DNA of 64,000 nt from Verrucomicrobiota bacterium (GTDB lineage: Bacteria; Verrucomicrobiota; Verrucomicrobiia; Opitutales; Cerasicoccaceae), in contig JBCBUK010000007.1 of NCBI GenBank assembly GCA_039818205.1, positions 96,001-160,000 of the forward strand, read 5' to 3'. The notes beneath the pieces were generated by a model. That model searched no databases. It was given only the letters and a program-made list of their open reading frames with translations, and was not told the origin of the DNA. Position numbers and translations under genes: made by a program. Position 1 is the stretch's first letter, and every line of letters starts with the position of its first letter. Below, piece by piece: positions 47,868 to 57,949 of the stretch.

Positions 47868-48053
47868 ATGTTCAAACGAATCATCTACGATAACTGGACC
47901 GACATCGTTCCAATTCTTTCCTTCTGGCTCACTTTTGGGGTCTTCATCGGAATCACTATTCGTGCCCTCTTGTTCAAGAAGGACTATGTCAATCACATGG
48001 GATCGATGCCTCTCGAGGACGACCCAAACAATCACGATTCCACCCAGGCATGA
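47868..48053 (+). CDS. ccoQ: CcoQ-like small subunit
   Basis: One TM helix, 'MGSMPLEDD', positioned between ccoO and ccoP. Confidence 0.7.
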   Translation: MFKRIIYDNWTDIVPILSFWLTFGVFIGITIRALLFKKDYVNHMGSMPLEDDPNNHDSTQA

Positions 48054-48625
48054 GCGACCAATTTGAAAACGAAAAGCTTCCTTCGGGAGTCGTCCTCAAG
48101 GAACACGCCTACGATGGCATCCGGGAGTATGACCAGCGTTTACCACGCTGGTGGCTGATCACCCTCTATGGTGCGATCATATTTTCTGGGTTCTACTTCC
48201 TGGTGAACCATTTCTATGCGGGTTCTTTGTCCAATGAAGAGCGCCTGACATCAGACATGCAGAAGATCGACGCTATCCGCTTAGCTAACTCCATTGATGT
48301 CACCAACAACGATCTATTCTGGGAAATGAGTGATAACCCGGCGTTCATCACCGCGGGACAGAAAGTCTACGAGTCAAACTGCGTCCCCTGTCACGGCGTC
48401 AATCTTGAAGGTGGTATTGGGTTCAGCCTCGTCGATAGCGAATGGGTACACGGAGCACAACCGTCGCAGATCTATGTCACCGTCTTCGACGGCATACCGG
48501 ACAAAGGCATGCAGGCCTGGGGCGGACTCCTCGGGCAAAAGAAAATTACGGAAGTCGTTGCCTACCTACTGAGCAAAAACGACCGTGCAACCATGGAGCA
48601 AGTACCGGCTGGCGATGCCAGCTAA
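48050..48625 (+). CDS. ccoP: cbb3 oxidase subunit III (single heme)
   Basis: 'HAYDGIREYDQRLPRWW' and one CVPCH. Confidence 0.92.
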   Translation: MSDQFENEKLPSGVVLKEHAYDGIREYDQRLPRWWLITLYGAIIFSGFYFLVNHFYAGSLSNEERLTSDMQKIDAIRLANSIDVTNNDLFWEMSDNPAFITAGQKVYESNCVPCHGVNLEGGIGFSLVDSEWVHGAQPSQIYVTVFDGIPDKGMQAWGGLLGQKKITEVVAYLLSKNDRATMEQVPAGDAS

Positions 48626-48634
48626 GGTCCCGCG

Positions 48635-50062
48635 ATGGCCACCACCCCAAAGGCAAAACACGAACCGATTCGGGAATCAGTCACCACGATTAACGAGGAC
48701 GGCTCGCGGTTTTTCCTGCACCCGGCGGATGTTAGCGGACGCTACACCGTGCTTCGCCGAGTAACCGCCAGTTTCCTGATACTGATCTACATCGCACTTC
48801 CTTGGATCCCCATCAATGGATACCCTGCAGTGTTCCTCGATATCGCCAATCGGCGTTTTCACTTATTTGGTCTGACCTTTGCCGCGCAAGACCTTTGGCT
48901 AGCCTTCTTCTTCATTACTGGGGTTGGATTCTCGCTCTATGTTATCTCAGCTTTGTTTGGACGAATGTGGTGCGGTTGGGCATGCCCCCAAACGGTGTTT
49001 CTGGAGCACGTGTACCGTAGAATCGAACGCCTGATCGAGGGCGATCACACCAAGCGGCGCAAGCTCGACAAGCAAACCTGGGGTGCCACCAAGGTTGTTA
49101 AACGAGTTCTCAAACACGGTATTTTCCTCGCGGTATCATTCGTGATTGCTCACATATTTCTGGCCTACTTCATTTCAATTCCTGAGCTCTACCATTGGAT
49201 GCGCTCAAGCCCGCTGGATCATTGGAGTGCATTTCTGTTCGTAACGATTGCGACTGGAATCATATACTTCAACTTCTCGTGGTTTCGCGAACAGCTGTGC
49301 CTCGTCATCTGTCCCTACGGCCGTCTCCAGTCCGCTCTGATCGACGACGATTCCATCATCATCGGTTACGACGAAAACCGCGGCGAGCCGCGCGGGCCCA
49401 CCAGCAAAACCAACATCGGCGATTGCATCAACTGCCGCCGGTGCGTTCAAGTTTGCCCAACGGGCATCGACATTCGACAAGGCTTGCAGATCGAATGTAT
49501 CGGCTGCGCCAACTGTATCGACGCCTGCGATACGATCATGGACAAAATTGGTCGGGAACGCGGTCTCGTCCGCTATGATTCACTCAATGGCCTAGCCGCC
49601 AAGAAAAAGCGGATCCTACGGCCGCGCTTGTTCCTCTATGGGTTCCTGATGGTATTGGGAGCCACCGTTATGACCCTGTCCGCAACACAGCTCACGAGCG
49701 CGGATATGACGGCGGTAAGAATGACCGGTCGTCCCTACTTCATTACCGATACCGGGCTGCGCAATCAGTATATGGTGCGCATCGTTAACAAAACAGATCA
49801 ACCGGCGTCCTTCACCGTGCGCGCTTTAGCACCTGGCCAAGCGATCGTGACCGAGGGCTTCGACCAGGCAATGGTCGTCCCGCCCATGGGCGAAGAGGTG
49901 CGTCCCGTTATCGTCAGTGTAAACCGCGAGGACTACTCTGGTAAGTTCTCCTTTAAGATCCAGCTCTTTGGTACCAGCGACGATCTCATTCTTGAGCGGG
50001 ACGCCGAGTTCGTCGGTCCTGATCCACGACTTTTCACTCATGAAGCATCCGACTCCAACTAG
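48635..50062 (+). CDS. ccoG: cbb3 accessory ferredoxin-like protein
   Basis: 'GRMWCGWACPQTV', 'CPYGRLQS', two CxxCxxCxxxC clusters. Confidence 0.95.
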   Translation: MATTPKAKHEPIRESVTTINEDGSRFFLHPADVSGRYTVLRRVTASFLILIYIALPWIPINGYPAVFLDIANRRFHLFGLTFAAQDLWLAFFFITGVGFSLYVISALFGRMWCGWACPQTVFLEHVYRRIERLIEGDHTKRRKLDKQTWGATKVVKRVLKHGIFLAVSFVIAHIFLAYFISIPELYHWMRSSPLDHWSAFLFVTIATGIIYFNFSWFREQLCLVICPYGRLQSALIDDDSIIIGYDENRGEPRGPTSKTNIGDCINCRRCVQVCPTGIDIRQGLQIECIGCANCIDACDTIMDKIGRERGLVRYDSLNGLAAKKKRILRPRLFLYGFLMVLGATVMTLSATQLTSADMTAVRMTGRPYFITDTGLRNQYMVRIVNKTDQPASFTVRALAPGQAIVTEGFDQAMVVPPMGEEVRPVIVSVNREDYSGKFSFKIQLFGTSDDLILERDAEFVGPDPRLFTHEASDSN

Positions 50063-50195
50063 AAAACAATGGACCCTGTGGCTACCGGTCTTTCTGGCCT
50101 TTGTCCTCCTCATTGCCGCGTGGACGACCTTGATTAAGATCGCCGCCGACCACCCAACTGAGCGTATCCACCCCGAGACTGCTCAACGCGACTAG
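50040..50195 (+). CDS. Small single-TM protein in the ccoH position
   Basis: MKHPTPTRKQWTLWLPVFLAFVLLIAAW...; lies between ccoG and ccoI. Confidence 0.55.
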   Translation: MKHPTPTRKQWTLWLPVFLAFVLLIAAWTTLIKIAADHPTERIHPETAQRD

Positions 50196-52592
50196 ATGCG
50201 AACGACCAAAAACAAAACGAAGACACAATGCGACCATTGCGGCACGGCGTTCAAACCAAAGGACGACGAACGCTTCTGCTGCCACGGTTGCGAGTTCGTG
50301 CATCGTTTGTTGAGCGAAAATGGTTTTGGTCGATTCTATCAGCTGAAAGGTTCCAAAGCCACGCCGCCTGTCGGCTCCAAGGTCTTCAAGGAATCTAGCT
50401 TCGACTGGCTAGCGGATCTCGCACTTAACGCCGAAGGCGAATCAGACTCATCAATCATCGACCTTCACCTTGGAGTTCGCGGGATCTCTTGTGTCGGTTG
50501 CGTCTGGCTGATTGAAACTATTTTTCAACAACAGGCCGGCGCGATATCGGTCAATATCGATACCAACCAAGGGGCGGCAATGCTTCGCTGGGAAAGCGGC
50601 AAACTGGACATCACCGCGTTCGCCCAGGAGATGTTGCGGCTAGGGTATGAGCTAACCCCAAATCGTCCCAAGACAGCCGACAAGAGATCAACGAACCCGA
50701 TTAGTAGTCGCATCGGAATCTGCGGGTTTTTTCTGCTAAATACGATGCTGTTCACGCTGCCCGGCTACCTGGGTATGTCCAGTGACTACTTTTTGACCCC
50801 ACTCTTTGATCTATTGGGTGCGTTGTTCGCCACGCTAAGCATGGTCGTTGGCGGTAGCTATTTTATCAGCCGTGCAGTCCGCGCTCTGCGGCGCAAAGTA
50901 ATTCATATCGACCTGCCAATTGCCCTCGGATTGAGCGTCGCCTACATTGGCTCAATTCTGGGATGGATGAGTGGCCACCCGAACCTCATCTACTTCGATT
51001 TCGTCGCGACCTTCGTATTCCTCATGTTGTTTGGGCGTTGGCTGCAGGAATACGCGCTGGAGCGCAATCGACGACACATCAACGAGCGCAGCCCGGAAAG
51101 CAGATCGGTTACAGTATTCGGTGGACCGGACGACGGAGCTTCAATGCCAATAGAACAGATCGAACCGGAGCAATGCTACACGATCGAGCGCGGCTCCATC
51201 AACCCAGTCAGCGCCCGCCTGCTTGGTGGCGCAGCCTCCGCCAGCCTTGAATGGATTAATGGTGAAGCCGAGCCCGTTCCCTTTGACCACGGTAATTTGA
51301 TCCCCGCTGGGGCCATTAACGTCGGTCTGGAACCGATTACGTTACGGGCTGAGGAATCTTGGGAGGAGAGCCTTCTCGCCGAGCTGCTGAAGACCCCCGT
51401 TGACACATTTCGAAACAAGCGAGTCCAGCGTATCCTTGCGGGCTACCTGTCTGCGGTCCTGATCATTGCTACAATTGGCGGGCTTGCCTGGGGCTTAAAG
51501 ACATGGGACTTAATTGCCGCGCTGCAGGTGTTCATCTCGGTGCTCATCGTTTCCTGCCCATGCGCTTTGGGCGTGGCGCTCCCGCTCATCGACGAACTGT
51601 GTAACGCTAAGCTTCGCAACGCCGGACTTTTCATTAAAACGGCGACCATTTGGGCGCGACTCAGGCAGGTGAAGCACATCATCTTCGACAAAACCGGTAC
51701 GCTTTCCCTCGAAACACCGCGCCTGCTAAATCCCGAGGTCCTTGACAGCCTTTCCACTGTGGGGATTCAAGCATTGTATGCGTTAACCCAGTACAACCTT
51801 CATCCTGTCGCTCGGTCCATTCGGGAAAATCTACTGGTGAAATTCGCGAACATTGAGCAAGTGCCGTTTACCAACGAAGCCATCAAAGAATGTGTGGGCA
51901 ACGGCGTCTATTTCCGAGATGAAAACGATTTCACCTGGAGCCTCGGAAAACCAGGCTGGCGACAGCACGGGTTTGCTGCCTGCGCATCTGGAAGATCGAA
52001 TGCGCAGGCCGATCTTTCCTACGAGGGTCACACCATAGCCGCGTTTGCCTTTCAGGAAGACCTGCGTGACGAAACCCGGGCGACTATTCGGCAGATGCGC
52101 CACTACGGATACGAGATCGCAATTCTAAGCGGCGACATCGAGGCAAATGTGCACCGGGTTGCAGCCCGCATTGGCGTCGCTCCAGGGTTCGCCCTCGCTC
52201 GTTGCACGCCCCGCGCGAAGGCTCGGTGGATACACACCCACGCTAGAAATAATGCACTGATGATTGGCGACGGTGCAAATGATCGCCTAGCCTTCGATCA
52301 AGCAGTTTGCCGAGGCACCCCCATTGTAGACCGCAGCCTTTTGGAAAGCTCGGCTGACTTTTTCTTCTTTGGTCGAAGCCTCGCAAGCATTCCCAAGCTT
52401 TTCGAAACGGCCCGGGTGCGCCAGCTCGCGGTGCTCGCGGTACTCGGATTCGCGATCACCTACAACCTGATTGCCGTGACCATCTCACTCATGGGCGCCA
52501 TGCATCCGCTCCTCGCCGCGATCTTGATGCCAATCAGCTCACTCATTGCCCTCGCGATTCCCTGGGTACTCCTCCAGGACCGAGATTGCTGA
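50196..52592 (+). CDS. ccoI: CcoI/FixI-type heavy-metal P1B ATPase
   Basis: 'CDHCG...FCCHGC', HMA 'CVGC', 'SCPCALG', 'DKTGT', 'GDGAND'. Confidence 0.9.
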   Translation: MRTTKNKTKTQCDHCGTAFKPKDDERFCCHGCEFVHRLLSENGFGRFYQLKGSKATPPVGSKVFKESSFDWLADLALNAEGESDSSIIDLHLGVRGISCVGCVWLIETIFQQQAGAISVNIDTNQGAAMLRWESGKLDITAFAQEMLRLGYELTPNRPKTADKRSTNPISSRIGICGFFLLNTMLFTLPGYLGMSSDYFLTPLFDLLGALFATLSMVVGGSYFISRAVRALRRKVIHIDLPIALGLSVAYIGSILGWMSGHPNLIYFDFVATFVFLMLFGRWLQEYALERNRRHINERSPESRSVTVFGGPDDGASMPIEQIEPEQCYTIERGSINPVSARLLGGAASASLEWINGEAEPVPFDHGNLIPAGAINVGLEPITLRAEESWEESLLAELLKTPVDTFRNKRVQRILAGYLSAVLIIATIGGLAWGLKTWDLIAALQVFISVLIVSCPCALGVALPLIDELCNAKLRNAGLFIKTATIWARLRQVKHIIFDKTGTLSLETPRLLNPEVLDSLSTVGIQALYALTQYNLHPVARSIRENLLVKFANIEQVPFTNEAIKECVGNGVYFRDENDFTWSLGKPGWRQHGFAACASGRSNAQADLSYEGHTIAAFAFQEDLRDETRATIRQMRHYGYEIAILSGDIEANVHRVAARIGVAPGFALARCTPRAKARWIHTHARNNALMIGDGANDRLAFDQAVCRGTPIVDRSLLESSADFFFFGRSLASIPKLFETARVRQLAVLAVLGFAITYNLIAVTISLMGAMHPLLAAILMPISSLIALAIPWVLLQDRDC

Positions 52593-52672
52593 CTCCGGAT
52601 CGGGCAATATCCGGTCAATGGCGAGTAGTTGGGCTTTACAGCCGGGCGAAAGGTCATTGAACTGCCAGCATT

Positions 52673-53233
52673 ATGGAACCCGATCAAATCGTCTCTCAAA
52701 CCACCGCCCACATGAAAAAGGCGGTGGACCACACCTTGCATGAATTCGGCACTATCCATACGGGGAAGGCCTCGCCAGCGATGGTCGAAACCGTGCAGGT
52801 CGACGCGTATGGCAGCATGATGCCGCTCAAGGAGGTCGCTGCGATCACCACGCCCGACTCACGCACCATTAGTATTCAGCCTTGGGACAAAACCGTTCTC
52901 AAGGGCGTGGAAAGCGCCCTGCTCAAGGCGAACCTCGGTTTTACCCCAACAATCATGGGCGACAAAATATTCTGCCCACTGCCAGAGCTTTCCAAAGAGC
53001 GACGCAAGGAACTCGTCAAGATGTGTCATAACCTCGCCGAACAAGGTAAAGTTGGCGTACGCGCTGCGCGTCGCGACGGTATGGATGGCATCAAGCAAGC
53101 CGAGAAAGACAAAGCAATTTCGGAAGACGACCGCAAACTCTACGAAAAAGAGATTCAGGATCACACCGACAAATCCGTGAAAGAAATCGATCAGCACCTC
53201 AAACACAAAGAGGAAGAGCTGATGAAGGTCTAA
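52673..53233 (+). CDS. frr: Ribosome recycling factor
   Basis: 'TGKASP', 'IQPWDK', 'LPELSKERRKELVK', 'KEEELMKV'. Confidence 0.96.
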   Translation: MEPDQIVSQTTAHMKKAVDHTLHEFGTIHTGKASPAMVETVQVDAYGSMMPLKEVAAITTPDSRTISIQPWDKTVLKGVESALLKANLGFTPTIMGDKIFCPLPELSKERRKELVKMCHNLAEQGKVGVRAARRDGMDGIKQAEKDKAISEDDRKLYEKEIQDHTDKSVKEIDQHLKHKEEELMKV

Positions 53234-53373
53234 GTTTCCTCGGATTGAGGAATATTGAGAACGGAATTCCGGTTGATCGTTGAAAACGTGGACGCTGGGG
53301 CATGAGTCCCCCTCACTGCCCGCATTCCGCGAATGATCACCCGCATACTCTCCTCGCAACGCTGCGCCTTAGC

Positions 53374-54510
53374 ATGTCCAGCCACTCCATATTTTCGGAT
53401 CCAGAATCCCCCCTCAAACGTGTCGTGGTCAAACTCGGTACGGGTATTTTGACCGCCGAGCTTGGTCAGCTTGACTCCGTGTGTCTGGAACAGATCGCGG
53501 CCCAGATAGCCGAACTCCGAAACCGTGGCCTAGAAGTCATCGTGGTGTCATCGGGCGCAGTCGGTCTCGGCATGGGCCGTCTTGGCATGTCTCAACGACC
53601 AAAGAAACTTGCAGGCATGCAAGCCTGCGCGGCGGTTGGCCAAAGCATCCTGACCGAAACCTGGCAAAATGCGTTCAGCCCGCACAATATCATCGTCGCT
53701 CAGCTCCTGCTAACGCGCGACGATGTCCGCGGGCGGAGACGTCACGTCGCCATACGCGACCTCATCGAGGAATTACTCAAGCAAGGCATTGTTCCAATCA
53801 TCAATGAGAACGACTCCGTCAGCAAGGTGGAGCTCGAACTCCTGGGGTTTGGAGATAACGATGTCCTGTCAGCCCTGGTTACCAGCCTGACCAAATCCGA
53901 CCTGCTGGCCATATTGTCAACGGCTCCCGGCGTTATCGATCGCGGGGGCACCGAAAAGATTATCCCTGTCATTGAAAAGATTTCTCCTGAAATCGAAGCC
54001 CTGGCCGGTGGATCCGAAAGTGTCACGGGAACCGGGGGCATGGTGACCAAGTTGGAAGCCGCCCGCGTCGCCACGATGTCGGGTGCTGCTGTCTTCATTG
54101 GAAACGGTAAATCTCCGGATATCTTAATCGAGTTACTCGAGGGCCGCGCACCAGGAACACTCTTTAAACCCGGCGTGCAATCCTTGAACGCGCGGCATCG
54201 CTGGATTGCCCACTTTCAAGAGACGCGCGGCACACTCATTGTGGACGCCGGAGCCGTAAGCGCATTGCGTGAAAAAGGTAAAAGCCTGCTCGGAAAGGGA
54301 GTCACCGCGGTAGACGGTGACTTTAGCGCTGGAGACGTCGTCTCAGTCGCTGACACCGACGGCGTAATATTTGCCCGCGGCGTTGTCACCTTCGATCACC
54401 AAGCCGTTCGTGACCTACTCGGCCAAAGTAATGCCGACATCGCCGACGCCCACCCCGAGCAGACAAGAGTCGAAGTCATCCACCGCGACGAACTTGTGTT
54501 GCTCGGTTAG
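53374..54510 (+). CDS. proB: Glutamate 5-kinase
   Basis: 'VVVKLGT', 'VSSGAV', 'INENDSV', 'GTGGMVTKL', PUA tail 'VIHRDEL'. Confidence 0.95.
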   Translation: MSSHSIFSDPESPLKRVVVKLGTGILTAELGQLDSVCLEQIAAQIAELRNRGLEVIVVSSGAVGLGMGRLGMSQRPKKLAGMQACAAVGQSILTETWQNAFSPHNIIVAQLLLTRDDVRGRRRHVAIRDLIEELLKQGIVPIINENDSVSKVELELLGFGDNDVLSALVTSLTKSDLLAILSTAPGVIDRGGTEKIIPVIEKISPEIEALAGGSESVTGTGGMVTKLEAARVATMSGAAVFIGNGKSPDILIELLEGRAPGTLFKPGVQSLNARHRWIAHFQETRGTLIVDAGAVSALREKGKSLLGKGVTAVDGDFSAGDVVSVADTDGVIFARGVVTFDHQAVRDLLGQSNADIADAHPEQTRVEVIHRDELVLLG

Positions 54511-54570
54511 CAATCCTTTCGGCGAACTTAAACAACGATCCAATCGAATTCGATCGATTGAATCACTCGC

Positions 54571-56160
54571 CTAGTTCTCGGCATAGACGCGCCAGTTGAT
54601 GTCCGGGAAGATATTATCCATCAGTTCCAAGGTTTCGAGCTCCTTGGCGTCTACGGTGTCTTCGGTGAGCGCACTTGCCAGATAATGGAATCGGCTGCAG
54701 TGATCCCGAACTCGGCGCTCGGCATATTGCTGAGAGGTACCATTGGAAACGATGAAAGGCCAGTCCGAGCTTTGTGCCAACACAAGCTCGCGAGCACATT
54801 GCTTCAAGGCGCGATCGTTCAGTTTCTTGACTGTTTTCTTTTGGTTGAAGGAATTGGCGAGCTCGACCATGCGCCACCCGCAAGCAGTCAACTGATCAAG
54901 CATCCAATCATTCTCGCCGTTGAGCCAATATTCAAAGTGCCCCTTGTGTCCCCAAGAAGAAGTCACGGGATAGGCTGTTTGGTGAACGGGATTACGATCC
55001 AAATATTTGCCCAGGGAAATCGTCTCGAGTGAGCTTTGATCATAGGCAGCTTTCCGCAGAACATAATCGAGCCAAGTTGGACCTTCGAACCACCAATGCC
55101 CAAACAGTTCGGCGTCGAACGGAGCTACGATCACGGGAGCAACACCCATTGTTGATTTAAGGTAGTCTATGTGCGAAACCCGCTGAGATAAGAATTGGGC
55201 CGCGTGCTGATCCGCCTTTTTCCGGGCCGATTCCGGATCGTAGCCAGCCTTATTATAGCCGGGTCCGGTGATGCGGTGGTACTTGATGCCAGTGTCCGAG
55301 CGGACATCCCCCGGCAAAAACGGCTTGAGATAATCAAAATCAAGTTCGTGCCCGATGTCCCGATAGAACTCGCGATAATCGCCATCACCAGGAAAACCGG
55401 CTTCAGCCGACCAAACTTGCTTGGTGCAGGCGTGGTCGCGTCCGAATGCGGCAACACCCGAAGGTGTGAATAGCGGAGCATGAACTCCGTATACTGGCGC
55501 TGGGTTGGAATACTCGATACCCGAGGACTCCGTGCAGAAAAACCGTATACCGTAGTCCCGGAGACGCTCATCTAAGCCGGGGTAGTAGGCACACTCAGGA
55601 AGCCAGGCTCCATTAGCCTTGAACCCCATCACCGACTCGAAGTAAGCAAAGCCGTTCTCAAGCTGGCCCTCCATCGTCTTCGGGATAGCAGCAAGGTGCG
55701 GCATAAAGCCATGCGTGCCAACGCAGCTGATAACCTCCAAATTGCCGCGTTCGTGCAAAGCCTTGAATTTCGTCGAAAGGCGTCCATTACAGGCCTCAAA
55801 ATAATCGAGGCAGTTTTTGAAATAATCGTGATACCATCCAGCAAGGTATTTGAAATGCGGATCGCCTTTGAGCCGTTCCTGCTCGCGCTCGCAAAGCTCA
55901 ACAAGAACTTTCATCCGTCGCTGATAGCGCGCCCGCAGGAGTTCGTCTTCAAGCATCGCCAACAAAGACGGCGAAATCGAAATCGTCAGACCCCATGGGA
56001 CACTTTCTTCGTCGAGAGCTTCGAATCGTTGAAGCAGCGGAATGTACGTTTCGGTGATCGCCTCGAAAAACCACAACTCCTCGAGAAACTGATCGTATTC
56101 CGGGTGCCGAACAAACGGCAAATGAGCATGAAGAACAAATGAAAGGTAACCGTTAGCCAT
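54571..56160 (-). CDS. GH57 1,4-alpha-glucan branching enzyme (DUF1957 type)
   Basis: 'LHAHLPFV', 'WLPECAY', 'PFDAELFGHWWFEG', 'AQSSDWPF'. Confidence 0.92.
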   Translation of the reverse strand: MANGYLSFVLHAHLPFVRHPEYDQFLEELWFFEAITETYIPLLQRFEALDEESVPWGLTISISPSLLAMLEDELLRARYQRRMKVLVELCEREQERLKGDPHFKYLAGWYHDYFKNCLDYFEACNGRLSTKFKALHERGNLEVISCVGTHGFMPHLAAIPKTMEGQLENGFAYFESVMGFKANGAWLPECAYYPGLDERLRDYGIRFFCTESSGIEYSNPAPVYGVHAPLFTPSGVAAFGRDHACTKQVWSAEAGFPGDGDYREFYRDIGHELDFDYLKPFLPGDVRSDTGIKYHRITGPGYNKAGYDPESARKKADQHAAQFLSQRVSHIDYLKSTMGVAPVIVAPFDAELFGHWWFEGPTWLDYVLRKAAYDQSSLETISLGKYLDRNPVHQTAYPVTSSWGHKGHFEYWLNGENDWMLDQLTACGWRMVELANSFNQKKTVKKLNDRALKQCARELVLAQSSDWPFIVSNGTSQQYAERRVRDHCSRFHYLASALTEDTVDAKELETLELMDNIFPDINWRVYAEN

Positions 56161-56162
56161 TA

Positions 56163-57755
56163 CTATGCTCCTCCTTTCTTAGAGGCGCTGAGTATCGTGT
56201 TATAATGAATGCAAAGTTCCACGGCGAGTCCATCCACCGATTGCGGTTTGCTTACCTGGTGATGTGATCCTTGGTAACCTAAGCTGCGCGGATTATTAAA
56301 CATTTCCTGTAGCCCCCAAATCACGGAGCCCGGGTTGTCGTAAACAACCAAGCCATTTTGCCCATGATTCACGCAACCAATACGGGCCTGGTGCGTCGTC
56401 ATGACTGGCTTTCCATTCTCCAAAGCCAATTGAGCCAGCCCTTCATCCTGCCAGGTTCGCGCTGGTATGACCACAAACTCACAGGCCGCCAACAGATCAG
56501 TAAAATGATCGCGGTTAACATGGCCCACAAAACGAATACGATCGCCCAAGCCTGCATGATGAGCCCGCTGCTCAAGCTCAGGCCTGAGCGGACCGCTACC
56601 AGCATAGATCAATTGCGCCTCTTCATTCACCCCGCAGACGTGTTCCATCGCGGTCATCAAAAGATCCGCTCCAGCCGCATGGGACACCTCTCCAGAATAT
56701 AATGCCAGCGGCCGAGCCGGATGGAGGTGGTAGCGCTTTTTCACCGTTCCAGGATCAAAAGCTTGTGGAATCACGCCCTGAAATAAGTCTGGTAAGACCA
56801 TGGTGCGTTCTTCGGGAATACCGTAATCAGCAATCAAATGATTCCGCGTCTCGCTGTGCGGCGTAATAACCCAGTCTGCTTTTTTAAGAGCGGCAGCTTC
56901 TTTTTTCAGGATAGCCTCGTCAGGCTCGCGTCCACGCATACCCGAGCGCTCACGCTCACTCGCGTGGACACTTAAAACGAGAGGAACCTTATGGGTTTTT
57001 GCTAATTTTGCTGCGTCCTTGACCGAATCGATGTCGTGGGCGTGAACGAGTTTCGGCTTTGTTGTGTTTCCATCCGTTCCGTCCTCGAAATGAACGCCGA
57101 GTGGATCCGTTGCTTGATGGAGCTCGGCCAAGTAATTTCGCAGTCGGCTTGCGGACTCCTCATTTGGATCATCGGCAAAAAACGTAATCTCAAGGTCCTC
57201 CGCCAATGAACCACTCCAGCTGCGGTGAATGCGTTCGTAAGTCGAAGCATCAAAGATATTGTCGACCGGCACAACTCGCTCAAAACGCCCACCAACATAC
57301 ATGCCACGAGTCGAACTACGGCCACAACGACCACCACGATCCATAAAAATTGTCTGCGAGCGAGCAAGCGCGCGATATTTGCCGTTCTTCAATCGGAACC
57401 CGGCCTCCGCCATCCAGTAACGTTCTACGCGGTCCGTTCGCCAATAGTAATGGCCCCACAGGCCATCAACTTCGATATCGAATTGTTGATGAGCGTTAGT
57501 CCCGTCAAAATCAATCCACGACACATCGTAAAGTCGGATCGTCTGTCGGGCACCATTAAAGGCATCCCCCTCCTCGGCTTGGACCGCCTTAATCACCTCC
57601 ATGTCCAAGGACCAATGCAAATACGCAAGGCCCGACCGAATGGGAACAAAGGCGAGGTAGTTGCCACCAGGGGTCGACGTGTAGGTTTGACCGATTTTCC
57701 ATCCTACGGAGCGCATCCGCTCCATAATTTCAGGTTCGTAAGTTGCAGCTTTCAT
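56163..57755 (-). CDS. DUF4912-like domain fused to a GT4-like glycosyltransferase fold
   Basis: N-terminal 'YLHWSL...IRLYDVSWIDFDG...ALARS'; C-terminal GT-B motifs 'VHAHD', 'AGSGPLR', 'GKPV'. Confidence 0.75.
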   Translation of the reverse strand: MKAATYEPEIMERMRSVGWKIGQTYTSTPGGNYLAFVPIRSGLAYLHWSLDMEVIKAVQAEEGDAFNGARQTIRLYDVSWIDFDGTNAHQQFDIEVDGLWGHYYWRTDRVERYWMAEAGFRLKNGKYRALARSQTIFMDRGGRCGRSSTRGMYVGGRFERVVPVDNIFDASTYERIHRSWSGSLAEDLEITFFADDPNEESASRLRNYLAELHQATDPLGVHFEDGTDGNTTKPKLVHAHDIDSVKDAAKLAKTHKVPLVLSVHASERERSGMRGREPDEAILKKEAAALKKADWVITPHSETRNHLIADYGIPEERTMVLPDLFQGVIPQAFDPGTVKKRYHLHPARPLALYSGEVSHAAGADLLMTAMEHVCGVNEEAQLIYAGSGPLRPELEQRAHHAGLGDRIRFVGHVNRDHFTDLLAACEFVVIPARTWQDEGLAQLALENGKPVMTTHQARIGCVNHGQNGLVVYDNPGSVIWGLQEMFNNPRSLGYQGSHHQVSKPQSVDGLAVELCIHYNTILSASKKGGA

Positions 57756-57879
57756 GAATGGGTCGCAGACCTTGTATGTTCCGCATCAAAAAGTTAGGGG
57801 CAAGTTAAAAGGGTCTACAGAATTCACTGAATCTGTCGACAATAGCGAATTGCGTGTCATTTCGATCTTCGTTCAAAGA

Positions 57880-57894
57880 TGGCACGGGCCATGC
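57880..57894 (+). promoter_or_regulatory. Sigma54-type -24/-12 promoter
   Basis: TGGCACG-GGCC-ATGC (GG-N10-GC), 55 nt upstream of the ATG at 57950. Confidence 0.55.
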
Positions 57895-57949
57895 GGCATG
57901 GCCAAATTCACTTGACTCACCTAACGCCTAATTCATCCTGACGCGACTA

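Noticed and set aside
54541..54560. Palindrome CAATCGA-N6-TCGATTG between proB and GH57
   Set aside because: Weak AT-rich stem with no U-tract; it may aid termination but cannot be supported.
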